DNA of 64,000 bases. Origin: Mobula hypostoma (lineage: Eukaryota). This document shows, piece by piece, positions 36,707-48,779 of this stretch. The stretch is taken from positions 92,754,001 through 92,818,000 of the forward strand of contig NC_086108.1 of assembly GCF_963921235.1 (NCBI RefSeq), given 5' to 3'. The position numbers and the translations under genes are program-made. The notes beneath the pieces are model-generated. The model searched no databases, had not been told where the DNA came from, and was given only the letters and a program-made list of their open reading frames with translations. Numbering within the stretch: the stretch's first letter is position 1; every line of letters starts with the position of its first letter.

Positions 36707-37819
36707 TTAATGTATGAGTAGCAGTTAATGGCTCATGGCTTGTACTTGCTGGAGTTTAGAAGAATGTGTGTGTGGGATCTCATTGAAATCTATTGACTAT
36801 TGAAAGGGCTATACAGAATGAATGTGGAGATAATGTTTCCTGTAGTGGGGTAGTTATGGAGCAGAGGGCACAGCTCAAAATAGAAGTACATCCCTTTAGA
36901 ACAGAGATGTGGAGGAACTTCTTCAGCCGGGTGATGAATCTGTGAAATTCAGTGGCACAGACAGCTGTGAAGGCCAAGCTATTGGATATATTTAGGCTGA
37001 GATTGATGGGTTATGGAAAGAAGGCAGGGAAAGAGGTTGAGAGGGATGATGAATCAGCAATGATGGAATGGTGAGGCAGAGGCAATGGGCCGAGTGGCCT
37101 AATTCTGCTCCTATGTCCTATGGTCTTTTCAATAACCAACATGTCTGAAGTAGTGCATGTAAAAATGCAACCAGTCACTAGAACAACTGATAAGATAATG
37201 CTGGTTACAGAGGATATTTCTTTTACCCACTCTTAGCCTTCTGTCTGGCATTGCCACACGGTTTTTATTGGTCATCTGCATTTGACGTCGGGCCTGCTGC
37301 AATCCTTTTGTAGGAGTTGGTAGAGTGAACAGAGCACAGGAGAGTGTCAAGCCCCCTGGTCTGAGTTCTGGATAACCAAAGGACACGGAGGGTGGGGGAG
37401 GGGAGGGGAGGGGTTGGATCCGTATGGAAATCCAACAGCTGGATAGTTGCTAACACTTGTGCTGTCATTTTAATTCTGCATTTTGCTTATAGAGAATGTG
37501 AGTATGGCAGGGGTCAGAATGCAACTGAGTAACAGACCTAGAACACGAATAGGGAATGATAAATGGAAAAATGATTAATAAGTATTAATAAGTAATGTGA
37601 AATGCAGGAAAATGCAACTAGCTTGGATGGGCATCCTGACCAGTTGGGCTGAAGGGCCTGTTTCTGTGATATGCAACTAAGTAATGTCAAATCTTCTTAT
37701 CATATTACATTTACTAAATGTCTTATAAGAACTGTTACTTTTAAAAATGACTTATATAATCTCTTGTTTGTTACAGGTTTATTCAGTTTTAGAAAATAAT
37801 TTACTTCAGCAGTTCATGA

Positions 37820-38241
37820 CTTAGGGCCTCTACAAAAATGGGGGGTGGGGGGTGGGGGTGGTGGAGAGAATCTCATTGAAACATATCAGATATTGGAAGG
37901 CCAAGATACAGTGGACATGGCGAGGATGTTTCCTATAGTGGGAGAGTCTAGGACCAAGGGCACAACCTCAGAATACAAGAACATCCCTTCAGAACAGAGA
38001 TGAGGACAAATTTCTTTAGCCAATGGGTGGTGAATCTGTGGAATTCATCGCCACAGATGGCTATGAAGGCCAAAGCCATTGGGTATAATTAAAGCAGAAG
38101 TTGATAGGTTCTTGATGAATAAGCATTATGGGGAGAAGGCAAGAGAATGGGGTTGAGATGAATAATAAATCGCCATGATTGAAGGTTGGAGCAGACTCGA
38201 TGGGCTGAATGATATTTCTGCTCCTATATCTTATGGTCTTA
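37820..38241 (+). mobile_element. CR1 3' fragment
   Basis: LIETYQIL...RMFPIVGESRT motifs and a tcttatgg tail. Confidence 0.8.
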
Positions 38242-38615
38242 TCATTTGGATTAATGTTGGTTAAATCACTAAAATTTCTGTAAACTTCTTGTAATAGGAG
38301 TTAGAATTCTACACCCATCTGTCAACTCATTGGCACAATTTGATAAATGTACACTTAAAGAGACTAATCCCTCTGGCTATTCAATCTGCTTTTCTAAAAC
38401 AGACATCAGCACTGGAATTCTTTGCAATCGTATTAGAGGGTCAAGTTTAGGATAATCCCAGGATCTCAAAACAACAATTGTCTGATCCATCTAGGGAAAC
38501 GTTGAGCCCTTATAGACAATTTCACTCAGTGTAACCTTTCAGCAGAAAGATATATGGTCTTACATGAGTTTGTGTATGGATTTATCACAGGCTAAAATGT
38601 CAAAAAGACTCATAC

Positions 38616-38854
38616 CTTCTAATTGGTTACTGGAGCCAAGGTAAAGACGGAACAACACACAAGAGAAGGAGCAACAATAACACGTTCTGAGTAATCCTTG
38701 TTACTTAAATATAGAAAAGTACTTCCACATGAATCAAGCCATTGAAACCAACTCGACAAACGCCTCCACTCTGTTTAGTTTGTAGTTGTTAAATATTAAG
38801 GAATCTGAAGTCCATGTCAAGTCCACTGAAGTCCCGTCATGTTGTATTTGCATC
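38616..38854 (-). CDS. Candidate alternative downstream exon of SLC44A3 (adds DANTT* at 38854-38837, remainder UTR)
   Basis: Unique sequence with acceptor ctttttttaattggcag and donor-like aag|gtatga. The phase-0 reading GAT GCA AAT ACA ACA TGA fits a phase-0 donor at 40830. Confidence 0.35.
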
Positions 38855-39364
38855 CTGCCAATTAAAAAAAGATTACACTGCAATTTTAATTCTTCAGATA
38901 TGCTATCAGAATATTAGCTAACTATTGTAAAAATAATATCAGCTAAATATTTAACATGCTTGAGGCCAGATCTCTGAAGTCATGGACTGTGTTTTCTTTT
39001 CACCAGCTGATTTCCTCTGAGTATTACGGACAGAAAAATTAAAGACTGATGGTCAGAAACTGTTGGCCATAAAACACTGGATTCTGCTATGAAGATTCTT
39101 GAATGCTTTTCAGAGTATTAAATATAAGTCACCCCATGAATTCATGACATTTAAGATTTCTCTTTCCCTCACTTGGGAGAGTTGCCATCTCATTCAGCAG
39201 GATTACGTACCTAGGAACTTGATTGCCATAACCATTAGGTTCATTGCATCTTTAGTAGACAATATTACCCTACTGGGTTATCATCTTACAGGGCAAGGGC
39301 TATACGAGAATTCTAAACAACCTACCATCTTCTCTATTCTCACTTCCTCTTTCTATATTTGCAA

Positions 39365-39745
39365 GAGGCTACCGAGGATTGTAGACTAAGCCAGCTCCAT
39401 CAGAGGCACATCTCCCCACCATCGAGGACATCTTCAAAAGGCAGTGCCCCAAGAAGACAATATTCCTCATTAAGGATCCTCACTATCCAGGACATGCCCT
39501 CTTATCATTACTCATCAGGGCGGAGATACAGGAGCCTGAACATGCATACTCAATGTTTTAGGAGCAGCTTCTTCTCCTGTGTCATCAGATTTCTGAGCAG
39601 CCATGAACCCGTGATCGACTTATTTACTGATTGCTTGCAAGCTACAGTATTTTTTTTTAGTGTCTTGCACTCTACTGCTGCCACAAAACAAGAATTCTCC
39701 CAACATACTGTATCCCATGTCAGCGATAATAAACCTGATTTTGAA
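39365..39745 (+). mobile_element. Rex1/Babar-type 3' fragment
   Basis: SGRRYRSLNMHTQCFRSSFF motif. Tail gataataaacctgattttga. Confidence 0.75.
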
Positions 39746-40802
39746 ATCCTGAGGATTATCTCCACAGAGATCCAAATTCGGATTACCAAACTGCTCATTC
39801 CTGTCCTCAAAGTGGTCCTGCCTGACAACCATTTCCTCTCTCAGTAAGTAATTAGGAAAGTAAATGGAACATTGGCCTTAATTGTAAAGAGCTAAGTACG
39901 TTTGTACAAAAATGCTGTGTCAATGAGGTCACACCTGGTACTGCGTACAGTTATGATCTTCTTATTTAAGGAAGGAAACACTTACAATGGAGGCAGTTCA
40001 GACAAGGATTATGATGTTGATTCCTGAAATGAATACAATGTTTTATGGAAAACAATTGAGCAATCTGGGCACTTAAAGTGTTGGAGGAGACCTGCGGGTT
40101 AGTACTCTGTCAGCAGCTGCTATTCACTGCCGCTGGTTTGCATTCTCAAAGTCACTGAAGAAATGGGCTGAACTGAGCTGAGCATCAGATGGATGTACAG
40201 AGAATGAGGGAAATAGACACCGTGTAGCCAGAAAGGATTAGTTTACCTCTTTAAGCATTTAATTGCTAGTGTAATTAGTTCAGCACAATATTGTGGGCCA
40301 AGGGGCCTATTCCTGTCTTGTATTGTTCTATGTTAACATGTTGGAAGAATGAGAGATGATCTTATTGAAATATAATATTTCGAAGGAGCTTGATAGATCA
40401 GGAAGAGACATTTTCCCACGTGAGAGAATCTGGAACAAAGAATTATTATCGTTCCAGCTGTACTGCTTATGCCTGTTCAGATTTATTTAAAATTTGTATG
40501 ATCTTTCAATATAATACTGCATGATTTCCCTTTCCTTCTTTTTCTTCTTTCTTTCAGTATTCTCTCACCTTCAAATAGCCCACTTACATACAGTATTGTC
40601 AGGGTAAATGCTATCCTGACTTTGGTCATAATCAGATGAGTTTTAATTCAATCAAGCCCTCAGGAAATGCATCTCATGCTTTAAAAAATACATGGAACTT
40701 TTATCTGCCTGGTATGATTCATATTTCACAGTGGAAAGATTTCATACTGCTTAATATGAGAAGGATTTGGAACTCAAATTATTGTGCAGCAATTTAGCAC
40801 AC

Positions 40803-40928
40803 TTAATACTGCCAGTTTTCAACACCCACCACTGGCTGCAGTTCTGCCACGTATCTGTTACTCTCCCGGTTTGCTTTGTCACTTCCACTGCTTCTTGTGA
40901 TTTTTTCATTGGTTTTGCCGATGAATTT
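40803..40928 (-). CDS. SLC44A3: Probable C-terminal coding exon of choline transporter-like protein 3
   Basis: Minus-strand acceptor ttcttattgtttctttag, then KFIGKTNEKITRSSGSDKANRESNRYVAELQPVVGVENWQY*. Resembles my recollection of the human SLC44A3 tail (SFVKRSNK...GTELQAIVR). SLC44A3 is the convergent neighbour of CNN3 in other vertebrates. I found no upstream exon in the window. Confidence 0.6.
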   Translation of the reverse strand, partial: KFIGKTNEKITRSSGSDKANRESNRYVAELQPVVGVENWQY

Positions 40929-41084
40929 CTAAAGAAACAATAAGAATTTTTGAGTGTTTACATGAAAGCATTATTCTACGTCAGCAGGATTTCTGCAGTG
41001 AAACTAATGCTAATAAAGTCATGATAATTGTGTTTATCACTTAGAAAACACACACACACAGAATCAATTATTAAGCAAACTTTC

Positions 41085-41590
41085 AATTTCTACAAGAAGT
41101 GGTGGATACAGCCTGGTCCATCACAGGCAAAGCATTCCGCACCACTGAGCACATCTACAAGGAGTGCTACCACAAAAAAAGCACCATCCATCCAGGTCAT
41201 GTTCTCTTCTTGCTGCTGCCATGGAGATGGAGGTACAGGAGCCTTAGGTCCCACAACACCAGGTTCAGGAACAGTTATTACCCTTCAACCACCAGGCTCC
41301 TGAGCTAGTGTGGATAACTTCTCTCACCTCAACACTGAACTGATTTCACAATCTAAAAATTCTCTTTCAAGGACTCTACAGCTCATGTTCTCTATATTAT
41401 TTATTAATTATTATTATTTGCTTTTTTCAAGTTTGCACATTGGTTGGTTGTCAGTCTTTGTATGTAGGTTTACATTGTGGTTCTTTGCTTCTACTGTGAA
41501 TGCCTGCAAGAAAATTAATCAGCGTTGTATATGTTGACACATACGTCCTTTGACGATAAATTTACTTTGAACTTAGAACTTTACTTTGAA
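41085..41590 (+). mobile_element. Rex1/Babar-type 3' fragment
   Basis: HPGHVLFLLLP..RYRSLRSHNTRFRNSYYP motif. Confidence 0.8.
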
Positions 41591-42044
41591 TTTCTTTTTG
41601 ACTGACACATCTTAGACTAGACCAATGCCAATATTGCGCAAATTTAGGAGCTATTTTTCTTGAGCTTGGGTCAAAAGAAGAGCAAGTTGAAGCAGTCGAA
41701 ATGTCCGTCAGGCCCAGAGTACCCCATCTCTCAGTGTGCTGAGGGACAGCTACAGATTAGGACTTCATCATTTGCAGTTTAGTGCCGCATGGTTTGCTTT
41801 CTCCAAGTTACCGAAATAATGAGCTGAATTGAACTAGGACAAAACCTGTGCAGGCACTTTCCAAGCCAAGCAGCGCTGGAGGGGAGAGGAACAAGAGACA
41901 TTTGTGGTAAGTTGCAGACTAAAGAAACAACTACTTTAAAAGATGGCCATTAGAGTCAGAAGATAAAGAAACAAATTGAAACCTGTGGAGAGACTGCGAG
42001 TGAGGAAAAACTGGATGTTATTCAAAAATGGTAAATGCAGTATT

Positions 42045-42675
42045 GTCTTTAGCATTGCAATGTCCAGTTTGAGAGGGTGAACAGCTATAAGTTCCTCGGC
42101 AAAAACATCACTGAGGATCTCACATGGTCTGTATCTACTGGCAGTGTGTGGTGAAAAAGGCACAGCAGCTCCTCTTTCACCTCAGACGGTTGAGGAAATT
42201 TGCTATGGGCCCCCAAATTCTAAGAACTTTCTATAGGGGCACAATTGAGAGCATCCTGACTGGCTGCATCACTGGCTGGTATGGGAACTGTACTTCCCTC
42301 AATCACAGGGCTCTGCAGAGAGTGGTGCGGACAGCCCAGCGCGTCTGTAGATGTGAACTTACTCAGGTGTTTTAAAAAAGGCCCGAAGGATTATTGGGGA
42401 CCAGAGTCACCCCAACCACAAACAGTTCATCCGGGAAACAGTATCGCAGCATAAAAACTAGGACCAACAGGCTGCGGGACAGCTTCTTCCATCAAGCCAT
42501 CAGACTGATTAATTCGTGCTGATGCAACTGTATTTCTATGTTATATTGGCTATCCTTATGAACATAATATTTAGGATAAATTACTATAATTGCACATTGC
42601 ACACTTAGACGGAGACATAACGTAAAGATTTTTACTCCTCATGTATATGAAGGATGTAAGTAATAAAGTCAACTC
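42045..42675 (+). mobile_element. Rex1/Babar-type 3' fragment
   Basis: VKKAQQLLFHLRRLRKF...FYRGTIESILTGCITGWYG motif. Confidence 0.85.
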
Positions 42676-43179
42676 AGAATTGAGAAATAAAAGAAGTGCT
42701 GTTCCTTAAGCTTACAGTGGTCATCCTCAGAGTAATGAAGGAGACAGACATACTGTAACTCAGAGTGGAATACAATACAGAGTTAAAGTAATGTGTGACT
42801 GGAAGCTGAGAGTCGCCTTTGCAAACTGGACAAGCGGTTCAATGGGCACCTGCTTTCTCAATTCGAGACCACCAAATCGAATACAATACAGCAGACTGGA
42901 GAAAGTGTGCACCCTCGTCTGGCACCAGTGCCTTTCAGACTTTATTGCTGCTGTTTAACATTATTTATTATCACTGCTTGTAGTGTACACGTAGAAAACT
43001 ACTACCTGTATGAGCGCCAGTAACATTATACTGTCTTGCACTTTGTACTTTAGGTCAGCCTGCTGTTCTTTAGGCCATGCCGCACAGGGCTAATCTTATT
43101 TTGTACTGTAAGTGCTGGATCATAACTATACGTACTGTGTTTTGCACCTCGGCCCCAGAGGAACAGTGTTTGGTTTAGA

Positions 43180-44198
43180 AAGTCTGCAGGAAATCCAAAG
43201 CAACACACACAAAGTGATGGAGGAACTCAACAGGTCAGGCAAGATCTACGCAAATGAATAGATAGTCAACTTTTTGGGCTGAGGCCCTTCTTCAGGGCTG
43301 AGGAGGAAGGGGGACGATGCCAGAATAAAAAGGTGGGGAGAGGGGAAGGAGGCTAGCTGGAAGATAATAGGTTAAGCCAGGAGAGGAGAGTGGACCATAG
43401 GAGAAAGGGAAGTTGGAGGGGACCCCAGGAGAAGTAATAGGCAGGAAATTAGTTTACCGGAAGGAAAAAATCGATATTCATGCCATCAGGTTGGAGGCTA
43501 CCCAAATGGAATATAAGGTGCTGTTCCTCCACCCTGACTGCCGTGTCGAAATGGGAATAGGAATTGGAAGTAAAATGTTTGGCCATTGGGAAGTCTTGCC
43601 TGTAGCAGACGGTGCTGCATACACGCCTATGGCTGAATAACAACAAACTTGAACTTGAATAGCTGTTTCACCTGGATTGGCCTCGGACGTATGAAAGGAA
43701 GATGTCGAAGGGCCGGTGTTGAATAGGAAAGCGCTGTGAAAAGGGGAGCAGATGTTTGTGAAGATGGAAGAGCAGTACAGGGAAAAAGCACGGCAACTTC
43801 AAAATGCTGAAAGGGGATGGAAAATTTTGTTTGGTGCCGGAATCCCATTGGAAGTGGAAGGATGTGAAGACTCATGAGGAGGTTGGCAAAGATAAGGAGA
43901 ATCACATCACTGAGGGTGGATAAAGCAGAGATACATGAAGTTGAGATGACTTGTCAACTATGATAGAGAGGGAGCCATTGTTAAGCAAACAAAGATAGCG
44001 TCTCAAAAGGCAAGGGTGTGGTAAATATGATCCCTGAGCCAATACAACAGAGATAGTGAAAATGGGAAAATTGAGTAGAGTCCTTACAGGAAGCACAGTG
44101 AGAGGAGGTACAGTACATGGGGGTCAGTGGGTTCAAACCTGAGACAGACATGGATATGCCAAGAAAGGAGAGGGAAAAGCATATATGTACCATGAAAG
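43180..44198 (-). mobile_element. Penelope-like fragments; the host sequence continues briefly after the LTR
   Basis: EEQHLIFHLGSLQPDGMNIDF motif. Terminal repeat at 43180-43300. Confidence 0.75.
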
Positions 44199-44796
44199 TG
44201 TTAGTGATTTTTTGGTTTAGATTTAGCAAATGGCTTTGGCTACCAGTCTTCTGCCTTTGAATATCTTTTGTGGCTTTTATTTGGACTGCAGGTCTGAACA
44301 ATGGATTCCTAAAAATTGTGAATCTCAGCCCAGTCAATGCTGATTAAAATTCACTTGGATTTCTATGGTGTGCGTGCGAAGAGGGAGCTGTGAAATTTGT
44401 ATGTAGTTCCAAAGAAAGCATTGTCTATACTCTGTAAATATGGAATTGTCCTTTATGCTTAGCACACAAGATACCAAGTAAAGTGTACTGCCGATTTAAT
44501 TTACAACAATGGATTCCTAAAAGCTGTGAATCCCAGTCCAGACGATGCTGACGTCAGTGGTGTGGATGCGAATCAGGAGGTGTGAAGGTTGTATGTGGTT
44601 TCAAAGAATGTATTGTCCATACATTGTAAATATGGAGTTGTCCTTTGATGTTTGGCACATAAAATGTCGAGCCCCACCATGGGCCGACAGACCTTTCCAC
44701 TGAAATGATGCCTGCTGTACATTGTTTTGTCGAATAAAGAAGCTTCTTTTTTATCTACCAGTAATTTTCTCTGGCGATTTCATTCACGCAACAACA
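44199..44796 (+). mobile_element. Solo LTR (598 bp)
   Basis: TGTT...AACA termini and a 4-bp TSD AAAG (44195-44198, 44797-44800). Internal direct repeat, TATA-like CATAAAA at 44658, AATAAA at 44733. Confidence 0.85.
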
Positions 44797-45555
44797 AAAG
44801 CATGGAAATTGGCAACAAAAGTACTGAAATGTACAGTCACAAAAAAGCAGCACCAATACAGTACGCAATGTGTTTGGAAAGGTTTTAGGGGAGGGGCTCT
44901 GATTAAAACTAGGCCATTCCAAGTATTCAACAAAGACAGGGACACGTCCATGGCTACACCTTTGACTTGGAGAAGTGAATGGACTTGAAGGCGAAATTGT
45001 TCAAAGAACAATCTTAGCCAGGTTGTAGAATCTATGTTCAAGATAAAATCCACTTTAATTGCTCTTTTTAAAGCAACTTTGGTTTACACCTTATTAGAGA
45101 TCCTCCCCTTTAAAGCCTACTATTCCAGTTCTGCTAGGAGGTCCCTGACTTTCTAACAGATTCATTTCCCATAGATACTGCTTGACCTGCTGATTGCTTC
45201 CACCATTTCCTGTTTTTCTGTTGGCTTTCCAGTGTCTGCAGCTTTTCACTCCAAAGCCTGAGCCGAGCTGAAGAAATTCGCCCGGCTGTTGGCTAGTTGC
45301 ACCTTGCCCTGCTCAGACATCTCTGTGATGGCTCAAAGTTCGAGCTAAGCTGGTGGCCTTGCTCCATGCACTTTGTCCAGGGGCTGAGAACGGAAGGTGT
45401 AGAGACACTCTTTGCACCTTTCCCTCAGCTTTACACCACGTAGTATTGGTGGGTCACCAAACCTGTGGAAGAAGCTAAATGCAGACAACGGTGCAAGTTA
45501 TTTTGATAAACACCACTATTAACACTTTATTGTTTACCCGCACTACTTTTTCCTT

Positions 45556-45690
45556 TACACAAGAGATTCTGCAGATGCTGGAAATCCTGGTGTCCCGATG
45601 AAGGGTCTCAGCCTGAAACGTCAGCTCTATATTCCTTTCCACAGTTGGAGCCTGGCCTGCTGAGTTCCTCCAGCATTTTGTGTGTGTCAC
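45556..45690. mobile_element. Penelope terminal-repeat remnant with an inverted junction
   Basis: ctgcagatgctggaaatc is joined to the opposite-orientation gatgaagggtctcagcctgaaacgtc...cattttgtgtg. Confidence 0.7.
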
Positions 45691-45894
45691 TCCACACTTT
45701 CCCTGTAGCTGATACACTTCATTCTGCATTCCACCTTGCACTACCTCGTTGCACTGTGTAATGATTTTATCTGCATGAACAGCATGCAAGACAAGCTTTT
45801 TGCTGCATCTTGGTGCACTTGACAATAATAAATCAATACCATATTTTAAAAATTAATGAGCTTTCACATTTAATGGACTCTGCACAGCGGTTAA

Positions 45895-46135
45895 GTTACA
45901 GACCAGCAGTCGGAGTTCTGGACCACTGATCAAGAAGCATGAGTTCAATTCGTGACCGCTGTGGTATTTAAATTAAGGTAATTGAATAAATCTAGAATTA
46001 AAATTGGCCTCAGTAATGATAACCACAGAACTGCATGTGAACAATCTTGTTCACTAATTTCCTTCAGGTAAAGAGATTTGCCGTCCTTATCCAGTTTGTT
46101 TTGAATGCGACTCCAGATCCCACAACGTGGTCGTG
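45895..46135 (+). mobile_element. Old tRNA-derived SINE
   Basis: B-box-like gagttcaattc at 45941. Body gttcactaatttccttcaggtaaagagatttgccgtcctta. Confidence 0.5.
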
Positions 46136-46299
46136 AGGAGACATAGATAAGGTGGATGACCACAGCACTTCCCCCAGGATAGGGAAGTCTAAAACCAGAG
46201 GAACATAGATTTAAGGTGGGCGGAGAGAAAAATTAAAAGTGGAGGGTATATGGGACAAGTGGCCAGATGAAGGTGAAGAGGCTGGTACAATTATAATGT

Positions 46300-46536
46300 A
46301 ACACACATCAAAGTTGCTGGTGAACGCAGCAGGCCAAGCAGCATCTGTAGGAAGAGGTGCAGTTGACGTTTCAGGCTGAGACCCTTCGTCAGGACTAAAG
46401 GTTAGTCCTGACGAAGGGTCTCAGCCTGAAATGTGGACTGCACCTCTTCCTACAGATGCTGCTTGGCCTGCTGCGTTCACCAGCAACTTTGATGTGTGTT
46501 GCTTGAATTTCCAGCATCTGCAGAATTCCTGTTGTT
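46300..46536. mobile_element. Young Penelope-derived hairpin mini-element
   Basis: 99-bp inverted arms at 46300-46398 and 46402-46500 with 3 mismatches. Perfect 14-bp TSD tacaattataatgt (46286-46299, 46537-46550). Confidence 0.92.
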
Positions 46537-46559
46537 TACAATTATAATGTGCTGAGTTG

Positions 46560-47125
46560 GAACTGGATTATTATTGTCACAGGCACTGAGATACAATGTC
46601 TTGCATACTGTTCATACAGATCAGATTGAGGTAGACTGCATTGAGGTAGAACAAGATAAAACTATAAAAATGCAGAATGAGACACACAAAGTGCTGCAGA
46701 AACTCAGCAAGTCAGCCATCATTTATGGAAAGGAAAACAGTTGATGTTTCAGGCTATGTACCAGCGGGGTGCTGCCTGATTTGCTGAGTTCTTCCAGCAC
46801 TTTTTGTTAGTGTTGCTTAAGTTTCCCAGCATCTGCAGATTCCTTATTTACAATGCAGAACAATGTCACAGCAACAAAGGAACTGCAGTGCAGGTAAACA
46901 ATGAGGTGCAAGATCATAACAAGGTGGATTTTGAGGTCGAGTCCATCTTGCTTTAGGGAGCCATTTAATAGTCTTCTAACAATGGGAGAGGAGCTGTCCT
47001 TGAGCTTGGTGGTACGAGCTTTCAGGCTTTTCAATGTTCTGCCTGATGGAAGAGTTGAGAAGAGAGATTGTCTGATTATTATGATTGATTATGCTGGCTC
47101 TTTGCTAAGGCAACGAGAAGGATAA
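46560..47125 (-). mobile_element. Rex1/Babar-type 3' fragment containing an older Penelope hairpin (~46681-46850)
   Basis: KSLKARTTKLKDSSSP..RLLNG motif. Inverted terminal-repeat copies inside. Confidence 0.7.
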
Positions 47126-48109
47126 ACAGGTACGTGGATAGAAAAGGTTTAGGAATATGGGCCAATTGCAGGAAAATGGGACTAGCTTGGATAGACATCT
47201 TGGCTGACATTGACGAGATGGTTTGAAAGGCCTGTTTCCTTGCTCTATAACTTACCGAATTTTCAGTACCTCCTCATCTCAGGGGTAATTAAAATGGACG
47301 ATAATTTCTAGTGGTGTTTGTGCTCCCTGACCAAATCAACAGCTTGTCCACCTCTCCAGAGGCAGAAAGATAAGAGCTGATGGTGGTAGAGACCACGGGC
47401 AGTGAGTCTGCCAACCGGCAAGGTCTCGGGTAACTGGTCCAATAGGTCATTGTTTACACGGTCCCATTTACCAATGATTGGTAACATATTCATCTGGAAA
47501 AAAAGCCCAATGAAGAAATTGAGAACTCGTTTTGTTGAATTTAATGAAATTCCATGAGACTGCAACCCCAATGGATACAAAAATATAGAGCTGGTCTTTC
47601 AGATTAATGGTGTCCATGGAATTACCTTCTGGTTTGTTTCAGAATTTCACTAGATGCAGTATTTTGGCTTTGTGTTTGTACCTGTGGTGTGCCATGGTTA
47701 CCTGCGAATTACTCTAGGGATGAGTATAACTTTTAACTTTTCACTTAGACGCAGCACATTAACAAACACAACAGTTTACTGTGGCAATTGACAAGCAAAA
47801 AGCAGAAAATAGTAATCTAATAATCAGAATAAAAATATAAAATGCAGGAAAATATTCAGCTGAGCCAACATCTGTAGTGGAGAGAGAACCCAGAGTTAAT
47901 GTTTCAGCTGGAATTCCTTTCAGCAGAACGAAGAAAAGTTGGAAATAAAATTTGTTTTAAGTTGCAGAGAAGGAAGGCCTGTAATAGGTGAAGATCAGGA
48001 CAGATCAAACAGTCATAGATAATATAGTATGGGAACAGACTCTTCAGCCTAACTATTCATGACACCCAAGGTGCCCACCTCTGCCATTTACCCATGTTAA
48101 GCCTATATC

Positions 48110-48770
48110 CAAAATCAAAGTCAAAGTAAATTTATTATTTAAATACGCATATGTCACCATTTACTACCCCGAGATTCATTTCCTTGCAGGCATTCACAGG
48201 AAAATAATAAATACAATAGAATTATGAAAAGCTACACCTAAGCAAAGACCGACAATGACCAAGACAAATAAATAAATAAATAATACTGAGGACATGGAAT
48301 GTCAGGTCCTTGAATATGAGTCTGTAGGTTGTGGAATTAATTCAGAGTTGAGGTGAGTGGCATTATCTATGCTGGTTCAGGATTCTGATGGTTGTAGTTT
48401 AATTGCTGTTCTTAAACCTGGTGGTGTGGGACCTCAGGCTCCTGCCCAATAATAGTAGCGAGAAGTGAGTATGGCCTGGATGGTGGGGGTCCTTGATGGT
48501 GAACGCTGTTTTCTTGTGGTAGCACTCCTTGTAAATGCGCTCATTTGTGAAGAGGGCTTTGCTTATGATGGACTGCGCTGTATCCATCACTTTCTGTAGC
48601 CTTTTCTGATCTCGGGCACTGGTGTATCTATACCGTCAATCAGGATACTCTCCACTAAGGAAACTTCTGAGAAAGTAGACGTGTTTTATAATGGCACGTG
48701 CTGGTCTAAGGACAGACCCTTCGATATAACGGCAAGGAATTAAAAATTACTGACCCCCTCCACCTCTGAA
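48110..48770 (-). mobile_element. Rex1/Babar-type 3' fragment
   Basis: IKDPHHPGHTHFSLL...SLRSHTTRFKNS motif. Confidence 0.8.
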
Positions 48771-48779
48771 TAAGGATAA

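Noticed and set aside
38730..38853. Phase-1 reading MQIQHDGTSVDLTWTSDSL..., faintly like tissue factor NLTWKS
   Set aside because: It hits a stop after 39 codons, the match is trivial, and F3 would be expected on the other strand beyond SLC44A3.
47308..47580. 90-aa minus-strand ORF with an internal acceptor-like site, as a possible SLC44A3 exon
   Set aside because: No resemblance to choline transporter-like sequence in any frame I read.
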